This document shows, in pieces, positions 13,651-27,059 of a stretch of DNA of 64,000 nucleotides. Location: the NCBI GenBank assembly GCA_013265495.1, contig MU058065.1, forward strand, positions 4,686,976 through 4,750,975, read 5' to 3'. Below the pieces are notes generated by a model. The model had not been told where the DNA came from and did no database searches. It saw nothing but the letters and a program-made list of their open reading frames with translations. The position numbers and the translations under genes were made by a program. Source of the stretch: Vicugna vicugna (Eukaryota). How positions within the stretch are numbered: the stretch's first letter is position 1; each line of letters begins with the position of its first letter.

Positions 13651-14111
13651 ATCTTTTTCCAGAATTGAGGAAGAAGTTCACAAAAACTTCACAGGAGAGT
13701 TTGATTCATGCTTCACACCATTCGCTCATTCGCGCAGAGCCAACTTACAAAATGCTATCTCTATGATACAAGCTTTTGGATAAACAAGATTACACCCACT
13801 TTGAAATATGTCTTAGACAGTTTGTAGCCAATAACCCCACTGTAATAAATGTTTCCCTTGAGCCATAGAGAAAGACTTCTTGCAGTTAGCAGCTGGGCTA
13901 CTTTTTACTCCCTTGTGATGACTACTGTTCTTAAGGGCACGAAGAGATTCTAATTTACAAAAAATAAAGTTATCGATCCCTATGTGGTCAGAATAGAAAC
14001 TAACACCTATTGGTCCTTGGATTAATAAAGAGTTTTAGAGGAAAGTTTCTTGATAAATAGAATCTCAGGGAGAAATTTAGAAATGATTAGCACTGAATAG
14101 GGTAGAGTGGA

Positions 14112-14786
14112 TGTCTTAGTCAGGGATCTCCTCAGAAACAAATTATATATATACTATATATTTATATAATATCTAAATTATATATATTAATTATACATAT
14201 TATATATAGTATTATATATACTATATATTATATATTAATATATATTAATATATAAATATTATATATATAAATAATATATAAAATATATATATATATGTAT
14301 TATATATATATATTATATATAGAATATATATTTATATACTATATAAATTATATATAATATATAAATTATATATAATATATATATATTATATATATATATA
14401 TATATAAAAAAGCAAGAGGGATGGAGAGAGAGATTTATTTTAAGGAATTGACAGACATTGACTGTGGGGCTCGCAAGTCTAGAATCTGAAGGACAGACTG
14501 GAGATTCAGCAAAAGTTGAAGTTGCAGCCTTGAATTGAAAGGCTGGAAACTCAGGGGAAATTTCTATGAAGCAACCTCGAGGCAGAATTCCTGCAAGGGA
14601 TGGACCTCTGTCTTTTAAGACCTTTAACTGATTAGATAAGGCCCACCCACATTATAACAAGTAATCTGCTTGACTCAATACTAACTGCATATAGAAAATA
14701 ACTTCATGGCAACATCTAGACTGGTGTTTGACCAAAGAACTGGCCACCACAGCCTAGCAAGTTGACACATAAAACTGCCCATCACA
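14112..14786 (-). mobile_element. Solo MLT2-type (ERVL) LTR
   Basis: TG...CA termini (TGTCTTAGTCAGGG ... CCCATCACA); perfect 5-bp TSD GTGGA at 14107-14111 and 14787-14791; similar to the copy at 37194-37742. Confidence 0.9.
14143..14406. repeat. Degenerate AT-rich (TA)n/(TATAA)n low-complexity tract inside the MLT2 LTR
   Basis: About 260 bp almost entirely A/T. Confidence 0.95.
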
Positions 14787-16144
14787 GTGGACATGTTATT
14801 CAGTGTCAAAGAATTAAATTTTTATTAAGCAAGGTGTAAATTCAAGCTCAGAGTTAAAATTTAAAGCCTACTGTAGTCAAGGAATGACAAAAATCTCTGA
14901 AGTTTCCTAAGTGCATATCCTTAACGTTGACTCATGTCTGAACACAAAGTAGGATTAATTTAATTTTGACTTTTTACATCTCCCCTCCAAAAACGAAAAA
15001 GTCATATGTGAATGTAAAGTTCCCCACTTGGCCTGATTTAACACAGTTGGCTAAGAGAGGAAACTCTGCAGCATTTGTAAAGCTAACAGAAAAACACTGC
15101 CGGGGAAGGTCTCAAAGCCGCAGACAGAGTAAGGTAAAGACTGGGTTGTAATCTAATTAGTAAATGATAATAGAAGCCAATGGAAAACAGGCCACATGCC
15201 CAAGAACTACAATTCCCTTGGGAAACAAGTGATTGATCGCTTGGAGACAGGAAACAGATAGGGGAGAGCGTGTTCTTGCCTTTGACCTGAAACATAGATC
15301 CCGGCTCCCACCCCAAGTGAAAGCATTTGTGAAAAACCAAATGCTTTACATTCCAGCCGTCTGTCCTGTACAGGGAAGACAGGTGAAGTCTTCCAGCAGG
15401 ACACCAGTGACTCTGGCTATAAAAACAACCTAAACTGCCTAAGAAATTTTGCTCCATGCAGAGTTGCATCAATAAAGTGATTTTTTTTCTCTCCGTTTGA
15501 AAACCAAAAGGGTAATTTCTTAGTCCTTTGCCCATCTCACTGCCACCTGCTGCTCGTACAGAGACACACAGAACCCAGATGTTAAAAGTAGCCGTGGCTC
15601 TCCATCTCCCTGGTCACTTTAACAGCTGTGTCTTAGAGGAAGTCACCGTCGCAGTGTTAATACTTCTCTAGACGCTCCACAGCTCTGCCCCGAGAAAGTG
15701 TGTTCTGCTCCCAGATGGGACTTCAGCTGAAGGACCCAGCTCTGTTTCACGAGGAGAGAAAAGAGAGGGAGCCATGGCAGACTGAACAACGGGAACACAG
15801 CGAAGGAATTTCACTGCCTGATTGTGGACAGGTGACCTTGGATAACCCCCGGAGTTACATCATTCTCAGCCTACAGCTTAGATAAGGCTATTTAATGTGA
15901 ATGCACAAATACCATCACCCAGAAGTGTCTCTGAGAGAGTGAGCTCGGAGAACTTGGACAAGCGAGAAGCAGAACCTGAAGGACAGAGGAGAATTGAGGG
16001 CACAAAAATGTTTAGAAAACAGATGAAAGAAACCGAATAGTAGGGAAGGAAAAAAAAATGCTTCTGCTTTGTTTAAACCGTGTAGATATATGCAACAGAA
16101 CAATGGGAGTGAGAGCTCAACTCGCTTAAGAAGAACGAGGGTGA

Positions 16145-16188
16145 GACTAACACAACATTGTAAATCAGCTACACTTCAATCAAAAAAA
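16145..16188 (+). mobile_element. Ultra-short L1 3' terminus
   Basis: AACACAACATTGTAAATCAGCTACACTTCAATCAAAAAAA matches the end of the longer L1 copies in this window. Confidence 0.7.
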
Positions 16189-16619
16189 TGTACAAGGGAA
16201 GGTAAACCAGAAGAACCCTCAAGACTCTTTCTACAATAACAGAAAAGGCTGGCTTGTTCGATGTGGTCAGAAAAGTAGAATTAAAAGTTGGACATGATCT
16301 AATCAAGGGTAAAATAATTCCTCAAAGTAGTTGTTTTTAGAATACTGCTCTTCTCCTTTTAAATTTCCCTCCAATTACTCTCCATTACCTTTAGCTGACA
16401 CCTCTCATAAATCAATATTGACTCATTGTAGTCCCAATAATGTGGAGCTAGGTAAGAATCTTTAGATCGGGTTTGAAAATGAGGGAGAGTCATACGTCAC
16501 GAGAGCCATGCAAACACTCACACTCCGATCGACTGAGTCTGCGTCATCGATTCTGCTCTAGGAAAGCAAACCAGTTAAAACCATACACACACTTCCATTC
16601 CTTCATGTTCATCTCTCAG

Positions 16620-16975
16620 ATGTATGTAGTTCACACCCTTGGAAGTAGTCAAAATAGCCCCAATTAGGAAAACGTTACAATAAATTATGTTATCATCATT
16701 TAATAAGAGTATCATACTGCCATTAAAATGGTATTTATTAAGAGTTTAATTAAATGTGAAATACTTCTAATAAAAGGCTGAAGAAAATAAAGCAACATAA
16801 AAAAATACACATTGTGATTTCAACTCAAAAAAAAAAAGACGGAAAAGGAGAAAAGCTGGGTAGAAGCATCAAAAATGTTAAGGGTGGGTACATTTGAGCA
16901 ACTTTGTTATGAATAGTATGATATTATGAGTTACTATTTTTATTAGAATTTTCTGTATTTTTCCAAATATTATAT
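16620..16975 (+). mobile_element. Old L1M (L1ME-like) 3' fragment
   Basis: AATAAATTATG...ATCATACTGCCATTAAAA...TTTTCTGTATTTTCCAAA motifs. Confidence 0.5.
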
Positions 16976-18339
16976 TTAGGATCATCAACATGGACAAACT
17001 AGTAAATGGGGTAAAGATGCTGCTGAGAATACAGCTTTTCCCAGATGGAAAGGGGGAGGTCAAGTTTCATCTTGATGGGTGAGGAACCCCAAATTTCAGA
17101 GACTGCTGGAGTATAGTTGAGATTGAATCAGACACTGGAAATGTCAAGGTTATAGCACAGCCAGCCATCTGGTACCTCTATGACTTCATATGTTTATTGT
17201 CTGATGTCTCAGGCCAGACAGCAATGGGGAGCATTTCAAAGAATAGTAGCTTGGAAAGAGAGAAAACCAAAAAGCAAATCAAAGAATGAAGAATGAGTGG
17301 GTGTAGTTATTACTTAAAACTCAGTGTGTTCCTTCTTCTGACTTAAGGGTCTGATGTGAAAGCTGTGGGGTCTTGACCAAGTTTCTTGTTGGAAGGCATT
17401 AGCTTTACCCATATTCGGGGGCAGTATTTCCTCTCCTCATGCATGGGGGACATGCCACAGCATGGCCTCTAAAGAGAATACCACTGCTAAAGGACAAAGG
17501 AGAACAGGAGTGGGAGGTGGGCAGGACTGGAACCAAGGAATGTCCTAACCCTCTGTCCCCCAGGAGTCTCACAGAGTAAAATTGTGTGTGTATCGATAAA
17601 ACAAATATTAATGAGCACAGCATTGGTTGTTAATGTTTCTCTTTCCTTTTCTCTCTCTTTCTACCCTACTGTGTAGTTATATGTAGAAATGTCATTAATT
17701 TTGTGAATGGCAGTAAACTTTTCCCATTATTATATGAGCATGCTTTGTAACTAAATCATGTCCTTCCTGCAGCACAGATTCAAAATGCTGTCCTCCCCTC
17801 TAAATTTGGGAGCAATTGTATGTTTGTTGCTAATATGTTTCCTATGATAAAGCAAGTATTTCCATTTTAAAAAGTAGAAATATTGAAATCGATTTATGTT
17901 TGAAATGTAAAAATGTAGCAGTAAAGATAAAAGAGAGGAGCAGAAATGTGTAGAATTTTGAATGAAAAAGAAGGATTAGAGTCATAACAAATCATACTGT
18001 TTGGATCTGTGCTGAGTCACACTTACTTGAGGAAACTCCCCTAAAAAGCCATAATTGCATTTTTACCAACTTGAGAAAAAACTGTTTGGTGGTCCTCTCG
18101 GACAGAGTGAGGTATCCGTCCTTTGTGAAAGTAAGATGGTGATAACTAACCTTTAACACACTGAGGATAAGTCAGTTCAGCCCAGGACTCTTGTTGAACT
18201 GGGACAGGAGAGGGCTGCAGAAAATTCTGAAGGTCACGATGAGAGACCCAAGTATCACAGCCTTTTAACGCTTGAGTTTTCATCCCTTATTTAAAACCTG
18301 TATCTGCTTCTATATAATGTTATATAGTTCAGTGACCCC

Positions 18340-18522
18340 CCACCCCGGCCTCAAATCAGAACCATCTAAGAAATGTTGTTCGTTTGGTTGTTTTTTAATA
18401 TAGATTCTGGAGGCTGCATCCTTGGCATACTGCTTAAGTAGGACCAGGGGACTAAGATAGGGCTTGGCAATCAGTATCTTAAAAGTTCTGACACAGGTGG
18501 TGCAGAGACCACAATTTGAGAA
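18340..18522. mobile_element. MER5A-like remnant
   Basis: ATCAGAACCATCT...TAGATTCTGG...GGGCTTGGCAATCAGTAT...CACAATTTGAGAAGCA. Confidence 0.55.
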
Positions 18523-18852
18523 GCAAGCAGGAAGTGAAGGTAGAAGAGGGGCAAGTAGTGGGGTCTCGCAGGAAAATACTCAACTACAAACTCTATCTAA
18601 CCTTTCCATTCTTCTCTCTCTCCCTCCCTCTTCACCCTGTTTGTCCCTCTCAGGAAGGAGAAGCCATTAGATCACCAAGATGGGAGGTGAGACAAGTCCA
18701 AGTCCCACAGTTGGAACCAGGGGGGAATGTCAGAGACAATGAAAAGTCAGAGATAATGAAGGAGATGCATAAACATGGAGTTTGGATAAGAATCGGATAA
18801 TGTCCCATCATCAAAACTAGGAAAGAACACCTACTAAAGTTGTGTGTGGGTG

Positions 18853-19120
18853 TGTGAAGGGTGAGAAGGGATAAACTGGGAGTTCGAGATTTGCAGATAC
18901 TAACTACTGTGTATAAAATACATAAACAACAAGTTCATACTGTATAGCACAGGGAACTATATTCAGTATCTTGTAACTTATGGTGAAAAAGAATGTGAAA
19001 ATGATTATATATATGTTCATGTATGACTGAAGCATTGTGCTGCACACCAGAAACTGACACAACATTGGAAACTGACTCTACTTCAATAAAAATGTATATT
19101 AAAAAAGTAAAATAATAAAT
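18853..19120 (+). mobile_element. Young 5'-truncated L1 3' end with TSD
   Basis: GGGATAAACTGGGAGTTCGAGATTTGCAGATAC...AACTGACTCTACTTCAATAAAAA; near-identical flanks AAAGTTGTGTGTGGGTG (18836-18852) and AAAATTGTGTGTGTGTG (19121-19137). Confidence 0.9.
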
Positions 19121-19349
19121 AAAATTGTGTGTGTGTGCGCGCACATGTGTGTATGCGTGGAGGGGGCCGTGCTGGTGGGAGTGCAAGGGGTCCTCAGCAT
19201 CAAATGTATAGTAAGGATGGGGAGATGAAGACAGAAGAGCAACTTGGCATCTAGCAGACAAAGGAGATTTTTCAGAAATCTAGCATGGGCCAGAGAGAAA
19301 CAGCCAGTAAATTGTGAGGGAGTTGAGGCAGCTAGCCTGCAAACATTTC

Positions 19350-19490
19350 TTATCTATTTACTCATTTATTCATTTCATTCATTTATTTGACAAACATTTA
19401 TCGAGCATCTACTTCAGCTGGGCATTCTTTTAGACATTGGGTATACCAGTAAACCACAGATATTGTTTCTACCCACATGGATCTTACACG
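19350..19490 (-). mobile_element. L2 3' tail
   Basis: TTCATTTCATTCATTTATTTGACAAACATTTATCGAGCATCTAC. Confidence 0.7.
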
Positions 19491-19559
19491 AGCACTTGCT
19501 TGAAAGGCTTTTTTTTTTCTTCTAATTTTGTTAGATACAGTGGGCTGTACAGTTCATTT

Positions 19560-19855
19560 TTTTCCAGTTTCATTGAGATACAATTCATATATAACATTGT
19601 CTACATTTAAAGTGTGTAATGTGATTTGATATAAATACATACTGCAAAATGATTACACAATAAGTTTAGTTAACATTCATCCCCTCCTATAGTTACAAAT
19701 TTTTTTCCATGTGATGAGAGTCTTTAAGATCTAATTTCTTAGCACCTTTCAAATATACAGTATTGTTAACTATAGTCATTATGCTGGGCTTTACATTCCC
19801 AAGAACCTGTTTATCTTATAACTGGAAGTTTGTACTATTTGTCCATCTTCACTTT
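19560..19855 (-). mobile_element. L1 3' end (older L1MA-like)
   Basis: ATTGAGATACAATT...TAAGATCTA...TTTCAAATATACAGTATTGTTAACTATAGTCA...CTTATAACTGGAAGTTTGTAC. Confidence 0.8.
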
Positions 19856-22800
19856 TCATATAGGAGAGATTTGTGCATGATTGAAAGCAAGGAAAAAATG
19901 CCTAGAAAGGAAATCCAAACATTGAAGATGCAAGGGAAAAATAAATAATGGAAGACAAAAATCCCTTTGGAAGTGGAATGAGGTGGGATGAAGGAAATAG
20001 GAAAAGGGAGTTTGGGCTTTAAAAAGGAAAGAGAGATGGCCTGCTTTCCCTCTGAGACAGAAAGAAAGGAAGAGAGAACATGTTGGAAACAGTAAAGGTA
20101 AAGAAGAGGCAAGACACTGTAGTCATTACAAATATACACCTGTTAAACACAGGCTAAGAGACATTACTGAAAGTATAAGCCATATTAAAACGTAAGTAGT
20201 ATTCAGCTACACATATGTTATAATCAAAGTCTGCAGTGTCTAAATTTATCAGTACTCAATTACTACACGAATAATGAACAAATGAGGATTTTCCTGATTG
20301 TTTTTCACTTATGTTCATTATTAATGTTTACTTAACTCATTACTACCATTCTTACTGGTGATTTTATATCAAAATGGAATTTGATGAACCTCCCATAATG
20401 ACAAATCAATCCTTGACTCCCAGGTTAATTTAAATGACTCAAAGAAACACTTGTAGGGGAATCTTCCGGCTTCCCACATAGGATGCTTTGTTTGGGACTT
20501 GTATGGATTACATCAGTTATCCAGGACCAAGCACTGCTGAGATGTTCCAGCTGATATTTAAGGATGGCTTCTTGTGGCTCTTGGCACGAGAGGTTCATTA
20601 TCCAGGGAGACATCTGACTTAGCTGGCTCTTAAACACCTAGGAAGCTACAATTAAATGAATCTCTACCTGTTTTCATACCAACCAACAAATCATGTCTGG
20701 TCAATCTAATCTGGTTGTCAAGATCTCTAAAATAATTGGTGTGTCCAAGAAACAATAAGTTCAATGCTACTCTGGTTCATTTGGTAGTTTGAAAAGAGAC
20801 ATTATAGCCCTCTTAAAACTCAGTCTATCCCTTCAGAAAAATAGCATTCATTTCGGTAGCTACAGCTGGCCTCTGTCTTTGTAACGCTCTTTGGCATTCA
20901 GCGAGACGGCCATACTGTAGCTGCAAGCTATTAGAACAACACACCGACTTCCAGATTTACAACTGTGTGCTTGTCATTTCCAGATGTACTTTCACTAAGA
21001 CAGTTGTGCAGGAAACATTGTGAGAAGCAGCAGATTTCCAGTAAAACATGCCTATAAACACTATGGTTTCTGGCAAAGGGGGGAAAACGGTTTACACCCA
21101 GATGCCTTACAAAAATATAATCTATTCTTTGTGCGTATTTACCCTGAGGGTTCAAGTGTAATCTGCAGGTTTTGTTTATGTTTTGTTTGTCCCTCCCTGA
21201 CACTGCAACAACCTACCTACACCCCTGTGTCCAGTAAATATCTTGAGTGCCGAGATCTGTATTTTCTGCCTATTGTTCTGCTAACAATTTAGGAATTGTT
21301 TTTAATAGAAATTCAGGATCTTAACTACAAAACAATCGCTGTGGGTATTTTGGATTGACTCTGAGCAGTACCTGGATAGGTTAATTGGAAAGCAGATACC
21401 AAAACTTCCTGGGGGAAGTCATAGACCCGTGAGTTCATGAATATTTCTCTGCATCCCACTGAACATGCTGCCTGGTTTTTCCCTTGCCTAGATGATTCAA
21501 AAGGCATGTTTTGGCAGGAAACAAATTAGCAAACATGGGTGTGGGTGGTAGTTTCTTAATGTCCCAAATGGGTCGACCCTTATTTTCAGCAATGGCTGTT
21601 ATCTATGTAATACAGAGTCAAGGAAGAAATTGGTTGCAACAGACCCATCCCTCAGCAAAGTTGGAATGTAGATAAAATTTGTTATGACTCCATGTCTGCT
21701 GTTCTTACTTTCCTCTTAAGCCAATCTCTTTTTTGGGGAATCACTATAATGCTGCTGGCATAACAGGGTTCCCCTTAATTGTTGTGTTACCATCCACTCT
21801 ACTCAGTACTCCAGAATGATCTACCCCATTCCTCCCTTCATCAGTACTTACCTGCCTTCAGCCATCCATCCATCCATCCATCCTCTGTCTCACCCACCCA
21901 TTTCTACATATTCCTATTAGTGAAATGAATAACTGCGCTAGTGTTGGTTTCCTAGGAATATATTCCATGGAATGACTGAGCTTGAGGAAACGACCCTTCT
22001 ACATTCAATAATTCAATGTCTTAATTTTGTAATCTCAAGCCTTTTTTCTATGGAGACTTATGCTTCCATAGAATAATCCTGGGACTCATGCAGAACGCAA
22101 ATATGGAGATGCAGCAAAAAATTAAAAGGGAAAACAAAAGAGTTCTAGTTTGCTCTGTCAGAGAAGCTTCACTCTTTGCAAAATATACTTTTGGATTCAT
22201 ATGAGATTTGTAGCTATGAAGAGATTATAAAAGAAAAAGAAAGAAGAAAGAATACTGCTACCTTAACCCAGAGAAATGTCAGTTTGACTGGGCCATATCG
22301 GGGATAAAGATGGGCTGGGACGCCTTACAAAAGGCTCTCGATATCACAAGTGTGTGACACATATTTGCTCCCAGTTGCTGGTGAACGCACCAGCCTCAAG
22401 GTTTATACCTGGGTTCTGAAGAACAGTCTGACTACCATGACTGCTTGGCAATCCTGATCTGAGGTCATGATTCATGGAACCAAGGATTGTGAAAAAGGCA
22501 TAGAAAGATGGTGAGCAAGGGGATCCTTCCTACAGGGCCGGTAGATTCTGGGCTCCACAAGCAACTCGCGGGGCAGCCTCTGTTCCTAACTGTGCTAGCA
22601 GTCATGGACTGTTCTGCTTAGCCGAGTCTGTGTCACTCATCCACCGTTTTGATAAGCAGAATTACTATGGAGTGATGGGGAGCCATATTTTCCACCAAGT
22701 GAAGGGTGCTGGGTGGACACGCACACATCCAGTTAGAGTAACAGAGCAAGACATTCATAATAGATGGCTCTGACATCTGATGCAAGCAAGTATCCTTTTT

Positions 22801-23503
22801 CAAAAGATGTTTGTTTTTTTAATTAGTTAAAAATATGTAGGTATGATGCTTCTCTCTGGGTTTAAAATAATGTGGTGAATTAAAGATTTCTGTAGTGCTC
22901 ACTCTCTATCAAGAAAGGGTCTTGTTACTGATGTCATGACGCCTGTCTCCTTGGTCAAAAACTTCCAAACAATGGGCCAGCAATACAAACAAAGAATTCC
23001 CAAATGGCCCTACCCAGCTCCAAACTGAAATTCTTATTTTTCAGGCTTTGCTGAAGAAAGAGGATATCCATCAGGCAGAACTAATTAAATAAGAAGCATT
23101 ATTATTAGAATTTGCATTTGCATTTCATAAGCCTCTAAAGTAAAATGATGCAAATATATTGACTAGAGTTGGCAGTTATAATGGAGAATTATTGCCCTGT
23201 GGATTGCAAAGTGATTGACAGTGACATATTCAACAGAACGGGCTCAGAGGGGGATCATTTGTTAACGGTGAGATCCCTTTTCCCGAAACTAAGAGAGAGA
23301 GACATTTATTTAGCAGCCTATATGTAAACAGCTTCTTTCTTTCTCTATTTCCCTTTTCCTGGAACCAGATTTTTATTTTCTGTTTATATTTTCATTGAGA
23401 TTATGTCTCCCTGACTTATTAGTTACAAAACGATGCTCTCTTCCAAAAAGAAGAAGTCTTTAGGTCAACGTACACCAGTTGAGGAGAATAATATGTAACT
23501 CAC

Positions 23504-23617
23504 GATGTCAAAGCAACAACAAGAAAATAAATCTAACCCACTTGTGTAATCTCCTGGGGGCTTTAACCAGCAGGACTGCACCCCAGATATAAACGTGAAT
23601 GGCTCGCGAAGGAAGTT
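23504..23617 (-). other. Candidate exon (114 nt)
   Basis: Minus strand: about 97-nt AG-free pyrimidine tract ending CCACCAAG|, donor ATC|GTGAGT; frame 0 open (NFLREPF...CFDI), product not recognised. Confidence 0.3.
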
Positions 23618-26600
23618 CTTGGTGGGCAGAGCAAGGAGGAAAAAGAGAAGGAAAAAGAGAGGAAGGGGAAGAGGAGGGAAACGAAAGGGACGGTGGGGAA
23701 AAAGGAAACAAAGGGTACTGTGTTTGAAATACGTGGAGAGAGAAAACAATATGGTCCGCGTGCTCTATTTTCATATGTTCACGCTGTTATATCACACAGG
23801 AGAGAGATAACAAAGCGAACCAGGGAGTGGTTAGGTCACCCTAACGAATACAAATGAAGTATCTCTTTCTCCTAAAGAGGTGGAGCATTTTATTAACTCG
23901 CACTTGGAGAGTGTTATTATTTTTTATGCCTAAGATTTTATGGATTCTATTTTTCTGGAAGGCTGTGGAGGCAGTGACAAATGTTGCAGAAGCTAGTAGC
24001 CTCTCAGTTCATGTTTCTGAAACAAAGCAAAGAATTCATAGGCGAGAAAAACAAATCAGTTAACCTTTGGCTTTATCTATGAAATTCAGACATCAGGATA
24101 CTTCGTAAAATCTGCCACTCCTGCGGCAGTTAAAACAGCCCCAATAAACACAAGGAAGATGTTTTATTATAGGACAGTACATGGACATCATGGATCATCA
24201 GAATGACATGGCCATTCATGATTCCTGGAGGTTGTGAGAATACATGAAGTATGTGCATGAAAAATGAGCTCTTCAGAGGAGGTAATAAATAGCTGGAGGT
24301 AGTGCTATGGGAAAAAGAGCGAAAAATCTCTAAAGGATCGGACTTTTAGAAAGAAAATTGATATTCAAAGAACAATACAGAAAACATTTGACTTTGTATA
24401 TGATGGTGGGAGAGCATATTTCTCACTTTAATGAATGAATCAGAATACACAAAATTTCAATAGTCACTTAAAGTTTATACATAATAATAAATATAAAGCT
24501 TACACATAAAAACATAATTGTTATGTAACATTTACATACACACATATATACATATATGTAAATATATAGACAATATATATGTAAATATTATATATGTTAA
24601 TTTTTTCTTTCCCCATTTCTCCTTTGTGCAAAAACACTACAGATTCATAGAAATGAGAGTGTATAGAATTATCAGTGACATTTGACATATTTTCTATAAA
24701 TCTTCTCAAAAGTCTATATCAAACCTCTAAATGTTGTTCTAATAGGAGAAACTCATATCACGCTATAGAATTGTAACACTCGAGATTTCTAATGTACCTG
24801 TCGAATCTTTAGGTAAAGAGAAACTAAATCCATTTTCTACTTACTTTTGAAAATTTTTCTGTTAGAAAAAAATGGAGAAAGCCTTGCTAACCTTCATCAA
24901 AGTACAGAGTCAGATGATGGAGTGTGTCCACATTGAGTCTAGCTGCCTGGTGTTCCACCTTGTAAATATAACATTACATTTCATTGGTGATGGAATTATT
25001 TCAATTCGCCATGGCACTACTTTTCTGAAACTATCTGTTGGACTCATGTAGGTCAAGGGGAAGCAAAATTAAGGGTCATCCTAAGTTTATACCATATAGT
25101 GTTTTCGTTTTCTATTCAGCTAAGTACATCCAGGCTCCCTGTTGGGCAAGCCTTTTTCTCCCTTGTCTGTTATTTTCAGAAAAAAAGACTGCATATGACA
25201 GTCTCTGAATCTCACCAGCCTGAACACAGATGGTAAAGATTATAGCATGCTGAGTATTGACCTTTAGAAGATGCCTTTCTTCTCAAGGTCCTTCTCTTTT
25301 GACAGTCAGACTGGCTTTTTCTCAATTAATTTCATCACCAGAACTTGTTTTGCCTTTTATTTTTCCTCTGGTGAGGGTTAACCTGGAATTGCCAACAAAG
25401 TTCAGTGCTATTCGAAGCAGTTCTCAGGCCAAACTATTACAAATGGTTATCTTCCGATCCTTTGGTATGCCGGCATCAAGAGCCTGGAGATAATGCAGAC
25501 ATTGTTTAAATAAATGCTGGCTTTTCTTTATCAACAGGTACCTAAGCTAATGAATTTCAACTGGTTGCCTGAGATGAACAATGAATGGGGATGAGGAGCA
25601 AGAGGTCAGGGACAGCAAGTAGGAGGCCCTCCGTAAATCACAAGATAAGGGGCATTTATGAGCCTGTGTAAATTGTCAGTATAATGCTACAAAGTGAGCC
25701 TATACTTTGATCATAAATAAAGAAGAAAGCTAAAACAATGTGAACTGGGGTGCTGGAATTAAGTAAAGGCTACAACCGTACTGTTCATAGATCCAAAAAT
25801 GACATTTGGGACTTAAATGTAAGAGATAAGATTGGAAAATTCGGAAGAGAGATTAGAAGACAAATATTTTCTTTATCACTGAGCTAAAGTAATCACTCTA
25901 TTAACCTGGCAAACTCACACATGCGCTAGATTTTTACCATCATCAAAATGTAACAGTGGGTACTGTTTTACATCATAAAACTTGCAAGAGATATAAGTGT
26001 CTCCCTTTTTTATTATGGGGAAGCTGTTTGGCAGATTCTTTTCTGATGGAAAGTTTGGACCTATTAAGTTTTCAAGTTAAGAATCTGCTTCCAACTCTAC
26101 TTCAAACAGTGACAAAAATCACTGTAATAATATCTCGGTACTATAAAACATATTGAAATGCAGCACTAAGCCATTATCTGCATTGTTTTATTTTGCTCAA
26201 ATAAATTAAAGCTCAACCATTGATCTGAGATAAAAATTACCATTTTAATATGCACTTAAAATTTGGTATAATTTTAGAAGGCAGTACAGTTAGACTTTTG
26301 ATCTCAAATGAGCAGGTGATAAAAGTGTCATGTAAGATTTGCTTATATTTTACAATTTCATTAAAAGAGGATTAACTTTTCAGAGAAAATATGAGAAAAA
26401 AACTAATTAAAATTGAGAGCCTCAATAAATTTACCTTAGCAGTGTCACATAACATTTTGCGAGGGCAACAGAATTGTGGTAGCAAAGTGAATCATTCTAG
26501 GAAGTCTTAAAACAAATATAGGAAAATCCATTCTTATACAAGTCAGAGCAATTGCTCTGATTTATCAGGCACCCAGGGAAGCAGTAGAACAGAAACAAGG

Positions 26601-27059
26601 AGTTTTTTTTGGGTTTTGTTTTTTTTTCCATCAGTAGATGCTAAAAAGGCCAGAAATGCCTACATAACCAAAGAAAAGTGAAAACATTCTTTAATTGCCT
26701 TTAACAATTTTGCCCAAGACCATAAATCAGACCTAGCCCTTTAAATGCTTCTCAAAAAAATAGGACTGAAAACCAGCAGCTCAGGCACAAGATATTCTAG
26801 AGATAGAAAGTTAAGAAATTTTAGGTTTGAACAGAATGTGAGAAACAAGATTATCTTGCCCAACACACTCACGGTAATAATGAAAGTGACTTGTTCAGCC
26901 AAGGACGCAAAACTACTTGGCAGAATTCAAATTGGAACCCAGCTACGTTGTTTTTGTCATGGGTTCCCTGTTAGAAGTTTCTGTTGTACACGTTTGTTAC
27001 CTTACCATTCCTCCTTCCCCTCTCTCTCTCTGTCTCTCTCTCTCTTTTTTAACATCTGG

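Noticed and set aside
21846..21990. Perfect minus-strand donor CAG|GTAAGTA
   Set aside because: Upstream sequence is a (GGAT)n repeat-like tail with no convincing acceptor
24918..24940. TGGAGTGTG, the start of miR-122
   Set aside because: Only the seed-length match; the remainder differs
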